DNA of 41,399 bases, taken from positions 429 through 41,827 of the forward strand of contig JBJEKB010000252.1 in NCBI GenBank assembly GCA_051878395.1, given 5' to 3'. Origin of the DNA: Muribaculaceae bacterium. Lineage in GTDB: Bacteria; Bacteroidota; Bacteroidia; Bacteroidales; Muribaculaceae. Within the stretch, counting starts at the first letter, position 1. Every line of letters starts with the position of its first letter. Positions 9,926 to 20,180 of the stretch are shown in pieces. The notes under the pieces are model-generated. The model saw only the letters and a list, made by a program, of their open reading frames with translations, was not told the DNA's origin and made no database searches. The position numbers were made by a program, and so were the translations under genes.

Positions 9926-11524
9926 TTATTCTTCAATAGTTTCTGTTTTCTTCTCTTTGCGCAATATCACAGCGAGTACGAGGAAGAAAGTGGGAACAAG
10001 GATAGAGAATACGACAGCCAGTCCCAGAACCACAATACTCTTGGTGAGGAGTGGCTTCACCTCGCTGTAGGCGGGCTCGATAATGAATCCGCGCGGGAAG
10101 TTGGAGGCGAGGGTCATGGCGTTGTCGTAGCGTTTGCCGAGAAGGAAGAGATAGAGTTCATTCTTGAGTTCCTTATCGCGCATCATGTCGTAATATTCAC
10201 GCTCATATCCGGGTATTTTGTTGATTTGCGAATCATATTTGTATTTCTCGCTTTTCAAAGTCTCCATAACGATGAGGTTGTCGGCCTTGCTACGTTTCAC
10301 GCTTTCGAGGAGCGAAATGCGCATTGCGTCGATTTGCTCTGTGAGGAGAGTATATGACGGGTTGTTCTCGCGAGCCGACTGACCGAGTTGCATACGATTC
10401 ATAATCAACTCGTTGTATTGTTGCAGGAGAATCGATGTTTTCTCGTTGCCAACCGAAACGGGAATCATCTCATATTTGCGATTCGGGTCGCTGATTGTGC
10501 CGATAATGATGTCGTAGATTTTGTCCTGGTTGATGCATCCGATAAGGTGTTGCCCATAAGACTGGTCGGCTTTGAGTGTGATTTCGGCTTGAGTGGCGAA
10601 GTCGATGATGTTGTTTTTCCTCTTGAACTCCTCGATGCGGCGCTCGGAGTCGCCGAGTTGGGTAGAGAGGTCGGCAATCATCTTGTCGTAGAACTCCACG
10701 GCTTGGGAAGCGCGGTCGTTCTTGCGCTCCACGCGGGTGTCGTTGTAGATAGCCATGAGGGTGTTGAGGATATCCTTTCCAAGTTGTTTGGTACCGGCTT
10801 TCACGGTGAGCTCCACACCATCCGACTTCTTGGAGAGATAGTCGATGCTTATGGTTTTAGCGAGAGCCTCGACGGTGACATCGTTGTTGGTCACCATCAC
10901 CTTGATACTGCGCTCCTCGGATGGGGAGTATTTCTCCGATTTGAGCACCTGAACGGGACCGAATTCGGTTTCTATCAATGTGGGGAGTGTGACGCCCTTT
11001 TTCTCTGCGATTGTGCTCGAGAAGAAGCCGCGCACTATCTTTATGTCGGCAGTGGCATTGGAATGGAGGTCGATGAGCACCTTGAATCCGCGTTCGAGAG
11101 TGTCGAGCATGGCTTCGGGAACATCAACAATCACCGGTGAGGTCTGGTAGAGGTTGTACTTCTTGAGCCCGCGACGCTCTACATATACGCGATTGAGTTG
11201 CAGGCGCTTCACGAGTTTCACCATTGTGTTGTGAGTGTGGAAGATTTCAATCTCGTTGTCGATAGAAGATGAGCCGAGACCGCCGATAGAGAAAGTGCGC
11301 ATCATCGACTGCATTCCCGAGCTGAGGCCTCCCATCGCGCCGCCGCTCTCGCCGTTGTCGTCCTCGATGAGGAGGCTCGAGTAGACGGCATATTGGTCCA
11401 TTCTCACGAAATGATAGGTAATAGCCAGCGCAGTGAACACTGCAAATGTTATAACATACCAATACCACCCTTTCTTGACAGCCGAGAGGTATTTTCTCAA
11501 ATCGATTGTGTCGTTATTTTCCAT
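9926..11524 (-). CDS. wzz: Polysaccharide co-polymerase / chain-length determinant (Wzz/GumC-like) with no kinase domain
   Basis: An N-terminal TM helix (WYWYVITFAVFTALAITY), a long coiled-coil-rich segment, then a second TM helix (SIVVLGLAVVFSILVPTFFLVLAVIL) 13 aa from the C-terminus. No Walker A is present. Confidence 0.75.
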   Translation of the reverse strand: MENNDTIDLRKYLSAVKKGWYWYVITFAVFTALAITYHFVRMDQYAVYSSLLIEDDNGESGGAMGGLSSGMQSMMRTFSIGGLGSSSIDNEIEIFHTHNTMVKLVKRLQLNRVYVERRGLKKYNLYQTSPVIVDVPEAMLDTLERGFKVLIDLHSNATADIKIVRGFFSSTIAEKKGVTLPTLIETEFGPVQVLKSEKYSPSEERSIKVMVTNNDVTVEALAKTISIDYLSKKSDGVELTVKAGTKQLGKDILNTLMAIYNDTRVERKNDRASQAVEFYDKMIADLSTQLGDSERRIEEFKRKNNIIDFATQAEITLKADQSYGQHLIGCINQDKIYDIIIGTISDPNRKYEMIPVSVGNEKTSILLQQYNELIMNRMQLGQSARENNPSYTLLTEQIDAMRISLLESVKRSKADNLIVMETLKSEKYKYDSQINKIPGYEREYYDMMRDKELKNELYLFLLGKRYDNAMTLASNFPRGFIIEPAYSEVKPLLTKSIVVLGLAVVFSILVPTFFLVLAVILRKEKKTETIEE

Positions 11525-11536
11525 ATCTTTATGTTT

Positions 11537-12808
11537 TTATTTATTTTCAATTTTATGATAGTCGGATGCAAGTATTTCGCGCGTTTTCTGCTTGTCGAGG
11601 TTGCTGAACTGCGCTATTGAGAGCCCGAGAATCGACATTTGCATCACTCCGGCAGCCTGCATGAATGCGCTACCTGTTGTCCCTTCGATAAACACGCTGG
11701 CAAATATGAGCATTGCCACGGCAAAGGCGTATTTCCCCCGGGTGTGTAGCAAAAGCCTCATTTTCTTGTAAATCCACGCAAAGAAAATGATGAAAATAGC
11801 TATGCCTATGAGTCCGAACTGCGCGAGTTCGGGGAAAAACGCATCGCAAATGAAGTGAGGCACATTGTAGGAAAGTCCCCACACTTTGTCGAGGTCGAAC
11901 ATGCGATACACTTCGGAATAATTTACCGATGGCGTGGATGCAAAGGTTGCAAACGAGGCGAGACCGGAGCCGAGTAGCGGAAACTCAATCAAAATCATTC
12001 CCATCCCGGCATATAGCGCAGGGCGTGCCAAATGCACGAGCATCTCTTCGTCAAATCCTTCGATGCCGTCGGTGAGAAAATAGAAACTGATTTTCTCCCA
12101 CGCTGCCCAAATAATGCCTGTGAAAACCGCACAAAACAGAATGAGTTGCTTGATTTTCACACGCTTGAGCCCCCCCGGCTTATAGAGATAGAAGAGATAC
12201 ATTGCAAAGATAAACTCGCCGTAGAATTTGGAGCGGGTGCAGGTGAGCCCTCCTACCATCATGAGCGTGGCTATGGTGAGGTCGCGTTTCGACACGTTGC
12301 CCTCTTTATCGATGCTCATGAGCAGATAAACGCTCGAAACGAGGGTGGTTATGATGCCCACTAACGCCACGTGCCCCAGCAGATTGCGCACGATGCGCAT
12401 GTTGACGAAACTAACGATGCCAAGGAGCACCACAATCACACTCATCACCACACAGGTTTTCTTGATTGTCTCTTTCTCGGAGGGGGTAAACTCGGGCGCT
12501 ATCGCATAGACGAGGAAAAACGGGATGTAGGGCTTGAGCTGGATGATGAAATCGTTGGCAATCGCTTTCGGGGTGTTGAAATTTAGTGCGACGACAGAAT
12601 ATACGGCATAAAATGCCATAATTCCCACAACGCAGTAGATGCTCGTGTAGCGCTTGAAATTCTTGTTGATAGCAATGTCGAGAGCGATAAGAATGAGCAT
12701 AAACATCACCCCCAACTCGTCGGAGAAACCAATGAGCGTGGGAGCGAGAGCCTGGACCACAAGGAAATAGATAAAAATCCAGTAATATGCTTTTCTTATA
12801 CTCAGCAT
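11537..12808 (-). CDS. Wzy-like polymerase / O-antigen-ligase-family membrane protein
   Basis: Polytopic membrane protein with at least 10 hydrophobic helices, inside the EPS cluster. I prefer the ATG at 12808 (MLSIRKAYYW) to the start at 12862, which overlaps the upstream gene. Confidence 0.6.
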   Translation of the reverse strand: MLSIRKAYYWIFIYFLVVQALAPTLIGFSDELGVMFMLILIALDIAINKNFKRYTSIYCVVGIMAFYAVYSVVALNFNTPKAIANDFIIQLKPYIPFFLVYAIAPEFTPSEKETIKKTCVVMSVIVVLLGIVSFVNMRIVRNLLGHVALVGIITTLVSSVYLLMSIDKEGNVSKRDLTIATLMMVGGLTCTRSKFYGEFIFAMYLFYLYKPGGLKRVKIKQLILFCAVFTGIIWAAWEKISFYFLTDGIEGFDEEMLVHLARPALYAGMGMILIEFPLLGSGLASFATFASTPSVNYSEVYRMFDLDKVWGLSYNVPHFICDAFFPELAQFGLIGIAIFIIFFAWIYKKMRLLLHTRGKYAFAVAMLIFASVFIEGTTGSAFMQAAGVMQMSILGLSIAQFSNLDKQKTREILASDYHKIENK

Positions 12809-12830
12809 TGCAAGATACGAGACGCAGGGA

Positions 12831-13634
12831 TTAACGGGTGAGAGCGATGACAAGCGAAGCAATTACGCTCAGCGCGCTCACCACTGTCGAAATCACACTA
12901 AGTTTGTATCCGCTGTACTGGTTGTATTTCGAGTTGTCGGTGAGTATCTTGTTTGGCTCAACGTAAATCACATCGTTTTGGCGGAGATAGAAATAGGGCG
13001 ATGTGAGGAGCGAAGCATCGGTGAGGTTGATTCGATGATAGGTTGCAACGCCGTCTTCTTCGCGAATGAGGAGGATGTTCTCGCGCTTGCCATAGTTGGT
13101 GAGGTCTTGAGCATCGGCGATAGCGTCGAGGATGGTGTAGCGCTCCTTGGTCACGGCGATAGCGCCCGGCTTGTTCACCTCGCCAAGCACATTCACTCTG
13201 AAATTGAGGAGTTGCACTCTCACATGCGGATTTCTAACCGATTTCTCCACTTCGGCAGTGATTGCGTCGCCCAACTGGCGTGTTGTAAGTCCGGCAACGT
13301 GCATTTTGCCGATTACGGGGAGGAAAATATCGCCGTTGGAATCCACAATGTAGGATTGGAGTGTTGTTGGAGTCATCTGAATGGTGCGCTCGGTGCGAGT
13401 CCCGGTGTTGGATAGCGGCATGTTGAATGGCGCTGTGGCTTCGGGAACAGTGGAGTTGATGGTGATTGCGAGTTCATCATCCACGTCGATTTTTACGGCA
13501 TAATCGGCAGGAAATGAGCCGATTTTCGTGTCGAGCGAGTCGATATTCTCAAAATATGTGAGGTTTTGCTTGCTCGATGAACAAGAAACCAAAAGTGCTG
13601 CAATACAGCAAGTTAAAAGTACTTTTATATTCAT
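12831..13634 (-). CDS. wza: Outer-membrane polysaccharide export lipoprotein (Wza/BexD/CtrA family)
   Basis: Lipoprotein signal MNIKVLLTCCIAALLVSCSS, then a Poly_export/SLBB-like pattern (VRVQLLNFRVNVLGEVNKPG). I chose the start at 13634 for the signal peptide; 13652 is possible. Confidence 0.8.
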   Translation of the reverse strand: MNIKVLLTCCIAALLVSCSSSKQNLTYFENIDSLDTKIGSFPADYAVKIDVDDELAITINSTVPEATAPFNMPLSNTGTRTERTIQMTPTTLQSYIVDSNGDIFLPVIGKMHVAGLTTRQLGDAITAEVEKSVRNPHVRVQLLNFRVNVLGEVNKPGAIAVTKERYTILDAIADAQDLTNYGKRENILLIREEDGVATYHRINLTDASLLTSPYFYLRQNDVIYVEPNKILTDNSKYNQYSGYKLSVISTVVSALSVIASLVIALTR

Positions 13635-13714
13635 ATCCAATTGATTTATCAAGTGCCTTATAATTAATAACGCATCTTGAGCACAATTATTATATATGGT
13701 GTGCGCCTAAATTG

Positions 13715-14713
13715 CTATTTGAGTCCAAATAATGTTTTGGTGATGGAATATTTCTTGAACACCTTTTCGTTGAGGAGAATCGGGATGAGCACTCCACAAG
13801 CCACAACAATAGCGGCGCCGGTCGCAAATATGAGGCTGTCGCCGATGTTGTTCAAATAGGGCATCTTGAAGAGTAGAGCCTTGGCAAAGCCCTCGAATGT
13901 GGTGTGAAACAGGTAAATTATGTAGGATGAGGAGGATATAGTCATCAACCACCCTATCCGGGTACTCGATTTCTCTATCATTCTCGACAGCGCGATTATG
14001 GCGGCTATGCCGAGGTAGGGCAACAACAACCGTGCTCCGGCAGCCAAATAACCGCCTCCAAAAGAGGGACCTGAAACGCTTATCGAGTAGGCTATGGCAA
14101 AAGCCGCTATAAATGCCCATTCCGGCACTCTTTTCACCCCGGAAATCGCCTCCCTCCAATCATACAAAACCACTCCCGACATGAAGAACAGGAGCATATC
14201 CTTGAAGGAAGAGATGCAAAACAGCTCTGTTGTCGTGAACGGAATATAGTGAATGAAAATCGACACAAAGAATAGCAACAATCTCTGCTCCTTGGTCTTA
14301 AATAGCGGAACAAGGACAAACATCCACCATAGCGCCCATATAAACCAGAGGAAAAATCCGGCTTCGGGATAGTAGAACATCTTTACATAGGAGAACAAAG
14401 TAACCGGATTCTCGACATAAGCGTATCTCTCGGTGAGAAGTTTGATTGAAATAACTATCACGGAAACAGTGAAATATGGCACCATGAGGCGCTTTACCTT
14501 CTTGATTATGAAGTCGCCGTAGTTCTCGCCGGCTCGCTTGGTTGCGATATACACAAATCCGCTTGCAAACATAAACAGCGGCATGTGGAAGGAATATATA
14601 AAATCGCACACAGAGCGCCACCACGCGGGATGTCCCGGAGGACAATAGTGCCCGATGACAACTAAGATGATGCAAATCGCTTTTGCGATGTCGATATATA
14701 CAATTCTATTCAT
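13715..14713 (-). CDS. Membrane acyltransferase family 3 (probable polysaccharide O-acetyltransferase)
   Basis: 332 aa with about 10 TM helices and N-terminal IDIAKAICIILVVIGHY, typical of Acyl_transf_3. Confidence 0.8.
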   Translation of the reverse strand: MNRIVYIDIAKAICIILVVIGHYCPPGHPAWWRSVCDFIYSFHMPLFMFASGFVYIATKRAGENYGDFIIKKVKRLMVPYFTVSVIVISIKLLTERYAYVENPVTLFSYVKMFYYPEAGFFLWFIWALWWMFVLVPLFKTKEQRLLLFFVSIFIHYIPFTTTELFCISSFKDMLLFFMSGVVLYDWREAISGVKRVPEWAFIAAFAIAYSISVSGPSFGGGYLAAGARLLLPYLGIAAIIALSRMIEKSSTRIGWLMTISSSSYIIYLFHTTFEGFAKALLFKMPYLNNIGDSLIFATGAAIVVACGVLIPILLNEKVFKKYSITKTLFGLK

Positions 14714-15183
14714 TTTCGGCTGATTGGTTCAATTATATAACGCTGAAATGCCTCAAATAGTACTCGAGGCTGAGAGCGATTGCAAAATTAGTAAAAGTGT
14801 TTGACCGGGCAATCTTTAGTGGCATAAAAAGTGTGATTTCGGGCGAAAACGGGGGCGAAACAATATGTTAACAAATACGAAAATTGATGTTTAATCTATA
14901 ATTGCGATAAAACATATTTCAAAAAAATTTTTTAGTTAGAAAATTATTTATAGATTTGTAGATAATTTGCTGTGTAGAACACAGAATGTTAACGGGTTAA
15001 GTTAAAAGAGTTAATTCACAATTTGATAAAGGACATCATAATGCTTAAAACAACTATTATTAATAATGTGTAGTGTGAGGCATGATGCTTTTGGTGAAAT
15101 AAACGGCTTTTAGACCTCGCAACAACTGAGATACATGGCAAAACCCAAAAAGTAACCTTGAATATAAACAAATAAAATTAATT

Positions 15184-18100
15184 ATGAGAAAACAGTTATT
15201 GCTTCTGTTATTTTCGTTCTTTGCGGTGGTGGGTTTCGCCCGCCCTGTAACGGGTGTTGTAACTTCGCAATCCGACGGCGAGCCGATTATCGGTGCCTCG
15301 GTTATGGTGAAGGGCTCAACAGTCGGAACAGTTACCGACTTCGACGGAAATTACTCAATTGAAATCAAAGACGACAATGCCGTCTTGGTTTTCACTTATG
15401 TTGGTATGGAGCCTGCGACTGTAAAAGTCGGGAATCGTACTAAAATCGATGTGGTGATGAAAGAAAACGCCACAGTGTTGAACGAAGTGGTTGTAACAGC
15501 CATGGGACAGGTTCAGGAGAAAAAGAAATTGAACTTTGCCGTTCAATCTCTGAACTCCGACGATGTAACCGCAGGTAGCACCGCAAACGTGGTCAACAGC
15601 CTTCAAGGTAAGGTTGCCGGCTTGCAGGTGTCGATGACCGGTGGTTCGCCGAACTCATCTTCCCAGGTGATTATCCGCGCCATTTCTTCGGTAAACAACT
15701 CGCAAAGCAACGAGCCGTTGATGATTGTCGATGGTGTTGCAGTGCGCGGTAAGGGTTCGTCGCTCAGCGATATCAACCCCAACGACATCGAGAGCATGAC
15801 AGTGCTCAAGGGAGCTGCCGCTTCCGCCCTCTACGGTCAGGAGGCTGCCAACGGTGTAATCATGATTACTACCAAGAGCGCACAAAACGGCAAAATCCAA
15901 GTGAGCGCAAATGCCACATGGGAGATTTCCAACTCGGTGCGCATCCCGAAAATCCAAAACACATTTGCTGCCGGTTCTTCCGGTTTCTACAAAGAAAACA
16001 GTGTTGGCGGATGGGGTCCTTACCTCCGTCCCGGCGAACAAACCTACGACAACGTGGGTGATTTCCTCGGCACAGGCTTCTTGCAGAAATACGATGTGTC
16101 GTTGAGCGGTGGTACAGACAAATTCTCTTCCTACGCTTCGGCTGCTTACATGAGAAACGAAGGTGTGGTTGACAAAGACTACAAGGAACAAATCAACGTG
16201 TTTGTTAAGGGTAACTTCCAGCCATCACAACAGGTGAAGGCTCAAATCTCTGCCAACATCATCAACACCAAGGGTCGCGGTTTCGGCAACGCCATGTCAA
16301 CTATCTACGGATGGTCTATCAACAAGAATATGAGCGACTACCAGACCGAAGACGGTATGCCCAACTGGTCAAACCGCTACGACAACTGGGACGCACTCTC
16401 CGGTAAAGAGAAAATCGGTGCCACTTTGTCGCCCTACTTCGGCCGCTACAACGACTATTCTCTCACCGAGAGCACTCGTTTCATGATCAACGGTAATGTG
16501 TCCTACGAGCCTATCAAAAACCTCGTGTTCACAGGTAAAATCGGTTACGACCGCGGCTACACCACCTACGACAGCTACACCGTGTCGCGCTACACCAAGG
16601 ATGACTTCATCAACCCCGAGACAGGCGGCTACTACGACTACGCTTCCGACTATGTGTATCGCTTCGGTGCCTACACATTCCAGCCTTCGCGCGGCGAGCA
16701 ATTCACTGCTCAATTCCTCGCTACCTACGCCCACGAGTTCGGTGATTTCAACCTCAACCTCCTCTACGGTATGGAATACAAGGAAAACAGCAGCTACGAG
16801 GCTCAACTCGCAGGTCAAGACTTTGAATTGGGTGGCGGATACTACAGCTTCAACAATGTTGACCCCTCTTACTTCACAAAATCGGGCTCAAGCAGCTACA
16901 ACTTGTATCTCTATCACACAAAATATAACAAGTATGGCTACTTCGGCGAAATCCGCCTCGACTACCGCGGCATGGCTCAACTCTCTGTTACAGGCCGCTA
17001 CGATGGCTCTTCTCGCTTGAAACAAGTAGATTGCACCTACTTCTATCCTTCTGTAACCGGTGGTCTTATCTTCTCCGAGTTGTTCAACCTCAAGAACGAC
17101 TGGTTCTCTTATGGTAAGATTCGCGGTAACTGGGCTAAAGTGGGTAAAGACTGCCCCGCCAACTTGTTTACCAACACATTCAAACAATGGTCAACATTCC
17201 CCGACGGCGGTTATGGTATCGACCCGACTACTTCGCGCGCCATCCAACTCGAGCCTGAGATGACTTCTTCTTGGGAAATCGGTGCCGACTTGCGTTTCTT
17301 CAACCAACGCACTCGCTTGGATATCGCTTACTACTCTACAGTGGTTGACAACCAGATTGTGAGTGTGCGCGTTTCGCCTGCTTCGGGCACTATCCTCCAA
17401 ACTCGCAACGAGGGTAAGATTGAAAACTACGGTGTTGAGGCAACTTTGAGCCAAGACATCCTCAAGGGCGGCGACTTCTCTTGGACTGCTTTCGCCAACT
17501 TCTCTTTCAACCGCGGTCGCGTGCTCTCATTGCCCGACGGTATCACTGAAATCCAAGGTGGACAATACGGCGACATCTTCGCCAGCGCATTCCTCAACGG
17601 TTCTACTACCGCTATCACAGGTAAGGACTATCAACGCACCCCGAGCGGCGATGTTATCATCGACGAAAACGGCTATCCCGTTATCAGCCCCAACAAGCAG
17701 AACCTCATCGGTAACCGCGAGCCCGACTTCCTCCTCGGCTTAGGCTCTAACTTCAACTGGAAGAACCTCTCGGTTTCGTTCCTCGTTGACGGCCGCTGCG
17801 GTGGCGACGTTGTAAACGTAACAGGTCGCGGTCTTATCTCCAACGGTCAGCACCACCTCTACTCTAAATACCGCAACCGCGAGTATGTATTCAATGGTGT
17901 AGTGGCACAAGCCGACGGCTCTTACGCTCCCAACACTCAACCGGTAATCCTCGACCAATACACAGTTAACAACTATATTTATGGTGTATCTTCCAACTTC
18001 ATCGAGGATGGCTCTTACATCCGCTTGAGCTATGTAACTGTAGGCTACGACTTCTCAAGCCTTCTCAAGCAAGGCTGCCCGGTTAAGGGTCTCAGCGCAA

Positions 18101-18258
18101 GCCTCACAGGTCGCAACCTCTTCCTCCTCACCAAATACTCGGGCAGCGACCCGCAAATCATGTCGGGTGTGTCGGGTGGTACAGGTTCGATGGGTATCGA
18201 CAACTACAGCGTACCTCAAACACGCAGTTTCAATTTAACATTAAAAGCAACATTCTAA
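15184..18258 (+). CDS. SusC/RagA-family TonB-dependent outer-membrane transporter
   Basis: Signal peptide; carboxypeptidase-regulatory-like domain (GVVTSQSDGEPIIGASVMVKGSTVGTVTDFDGNYSI); plug region (EVVVTAMGQ); barrel ending TLKATF. There is no N-terminal STN/anti-sigma signalling extension. Confidence 0.95.
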   Translation: MRKQLLLLLFSFFAVVGFARPVTGVVTSQSDGEPIIGASVMVKGSTVGTVTDFDGNYSIEIKDDNAVLVFTYVGMEPATVKVGNRTKIDVVMKENATVLNEVVVTAMGQVQEKKKLNFAVQSLNSDDVTAGSTANVVNSLQGKVAGLQVSMTGGSPNSSSQVIIRAISSVNNSQSNEPLMIVDGVAVRGKGSSLSDINPNDIESMTVLKGAAASALYGQEAANGVIMITTKSAQNGKIQVSANATWEISNSVRIPKIQNTFAAGSSGFYKENSVGGWGPYLRPGEQTYDNVGDFLGTGFLQKYDVSLSGGTDKFSSYASAAYMRNEGVVDKDYKEQINVFVKGNFQPSQQVKAQISANIINTKGRGFGNAMSTIYGWSINKNMSDYQTEDGMPNWSNRYDNWDALSGKEKIGATLSPYFGRYNDYSLTESTRFMINGNVSYEPIKNLVFTGKIGYDRGYTTYDSYTVSRYTKDDFINPETGGYYDYASDYVYRFGAYTFQPSRGEQFTAQFLATYAHEFGDFNLNLLYGMEYKENSSYEAQLAGQDFELGGGYYSFNNVDPSYFTKSGSSSYNLYLYHTKYNKYGYFGEIRLDYRGMAQLSVTGRYDGSSRLKQVDCTYFYPSVTGGLIFSELFNLKNDWFSYGKIRGNWAKVGKDCPANLFTNTFKQWSTFPDGGYGIDPTTSRAIQLEPEMTSSWEIGADLRFFNQRTRLDIAYYSTVVDNQIVSVRVSPASGTILQTRNEGKIENYGVEATLSQDILKGGDFSWTAFANFSFNRGRVLSLPDGITEIQGGQYGDIFASAFLNGSTTAITGKDYQRTPSGDVIIDENGYPVISPNKQNLIGNREPDFLLGLGSNFNWKNLSVSFLVDGRCGGDVVNVTGRGLISNGQHHLYSKYRNREYVFNGVVAQADGSYAPNTQPVILDQYTVNNYIYGVSSNFIEDGSYIRLSYVTVGYDFSSLLKQGCPVKGLSASLTGRNLFLLTKYSGSDPQIMSGVSGGTGSMGIDNYSVPQTRSFNLTLKATF

Positions 18259-18268
18259 ACACCGGAAT

Positions 18269-20161
18269 ATGAAAAAGATTAAAATTGCAGCACTTGCGTT
18301 GCTTGCCGGATTGTCGCTCGGTTCATGCACCGATGTGCTGTTCGATAACGTAAATCCCGACAAGGCGCACGACATCACCGCCAAAGACGGTCTGCCGGTA
18401 GTGGTGTTCTACGCTCAGCAACAAGTGTATGACTACTCGGAATACTATATCTACCTCTCGCAATGCCTCACCACAGGCGGCAAGAGTTCGATTGGCTCTT
18501 ATTCTTATAAGAGTGAGTGGGAATTCCTCACTATGAACCGTCACCCGCAATGGCGCCGCCACTTCTACGATGTCGGTGTCAATGCCAAGAACCTCATCGA
18601 AAATGCTGCCAAAATCAATTCGCCAAACTATGAATTGATTGCACGCACAATCAAATTGATGTCAACTCAGTTGTGTACCGACAACTTCGGCGATATGCCG
18701 CAAACCGAAGCCTACCAGAGCAACTCGCCTAAGTATGACACTCAGGCAAGCATCTACGCTTGGATGCTCCAAGAATGCGACGACCTCATCGCCATGTATG
18801 AGGACGACGCCGTAGTGAATTGCCCCACCAACCAAGACATCTCGGCTCTCGACCGCGTGTATCACGGCGACCTCAGCAAGTGGAAAGGACTCGTGTATGC
18901 TATGAAGGCTCGTATCCTCCTGCGCAACATCCCGAATATCGACCGCAGCAGCGCCATGTGCGACAAAATCATCGCTGCCGCCGACGCTGCCATCAATCAA
19001 TGGCGCTCGGGCGACCTCCTCTACGGCGCTTGGTTTGGTAACGAACCGCGTTACAAATTCGATGGCGGCACAAACGAGCAAAACGCCCCCTGGAGCGAGG
19101 CTCAGCCTATCATCAACTCTTGGGAATCGCGTAAAAATATGCTCGACTCGGCTATCCCGTCGAAATTCTTCATGATCGACTGCCTCGGTCTCCTCGAGCC
19201 GGACAGCGAATCGAAATGCGGTCAGTACCAAAACTACCAGGGCTATGCCAACGACCCCCGCGCGTCGCTCCTCATGCAAGCCCAAAACGGTCCGCTCTCG
19301 GCTACTTCGACCAACACCGTGTATAAGCTCCGCTACCTCGACAACAACATCGGTATGGGTTCGTCGTTCAAATCGACCAACTACCCGAAACTCCACTGGG
19401 GCGCTTACGCAGGCGGCAAGGATGCCTACAACCCTATCTTCACTATGGAGGAACTCTACTTCATCAAGGCTGAGGCTCTCTACTGGAAGAACGACAAGGT
19501 GCAGGCTTGCGAACTCGCTAAAGAGGCTACTAAATGGAACATCCAACGTCATCTCGACGACTTCCTCGCTCGCAACCCCAACCCCGTGGTCAACACTTCC
19601 ACCAACAACATCTATCCCGGTGGTGTAGGTGCTTCGGGCATCGTTTATGAGCAGGAAAAATACTGGAACGCTCAACTCGCCGCTTTCTTTGAAAATGAGG
19701 AACTATATTCAACCGGTTCTCGTCCTCGCCTCCTCGTGGCTAAGGCTTCCGACAAGGGTAACAAGCACTATTTCTTCAACGAAACAGAATACACCCTCTA
19801 CGACCTCATGACTCAGAAGTATATCGCTATGTACATGCAGCCCGAGCAGTGGACCGACCTCCGTCGCTACCACTACAGCAACAAGCGCAACAACTACGGT
19901 ATCGGCGAAAACCAGGAAATCGTTTACCCCAACCTCCGTCGTCCTTACAACCTCTACGCTCCTTATTGGATCGATGGTCTCACCGAGACTGAGAAGGAAA
20001 ACACCTGGATTCAACGCATCAACTACGACCCCGAAACAGAGGAAAAATACAACCGCGCGGAACTTGAACGCCTCGGCGCTTACAAGAACTACAAGTGGTT
20101 GCGCGTGCCTATGATTTGGGCGCAAGACTATGGTGTTCGTTCATCTTTAACCGAAGAATAA
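18269..20161 (+). CDS. SusD/RagB-family nutrient-binding outer-membrane lipoprotein
   Basis: Lipobox LSLGSC. The gene starts 10 nt after the SusC homologue and encodes 630 aa rich in helical W/Y residues, typical of SusD-like proteins. Confidence 0.85.
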   Translation: MKKIKIAALALLAGLSLGSCTDVLFDNVNPDKAHDITAKDGLPVVVFYAQQQVYDYSEYYIYLSQCLTTGGKSSIGSYSYKSEWEFLTMNRHPQWRRHFYDVGVNAKNLIENAAKINSPNYELIARTIKLMSTQLCTDNFGDMPQTEAYQSNSPKYDTQASIYAWMLQECDDLIAMYEDDAVVNCPTNQDISALDRVYHGDLSKWKGLVYAMKARILLRNIPNIDRSSAMCDKIIAAADAAINQWRSGDLLYGAWFGNEPRYKFDGGTNEQNAPWSEAQPIINSWESRKNMLDSAIPSKFFMIDCLGLLEPDSESKCGQYQNYQGYANDPRASLLMQAQNGPLSATSTNTVYKLRYLDNNIGMGSSFKSTNYPKLHWGAYAGGKDAYNPIFTMEELYFIKAEALYWKNDKVQACELAKEATKWNIQRHLDDFLARNPNPVVNTSTNNIYPGGVGASGIVYEQEKYWNAQLAAFFENEELYSTGSRPRLLVAKASDKGNKHYFFNETEYTLYDLMTQKYIAMYMQPEQWTDLRRYHYSNKRNNYGIGENQEIVYPNLRRPYNLYAPYWIDGLTETEKENTWIQRINYDPETEEKYNRAELERLGAYKNYKWLRVPMIWAQDYGVRSSLTEE

Positions 20162-20180
20162 CAATTAAAAGAGAAACAAT

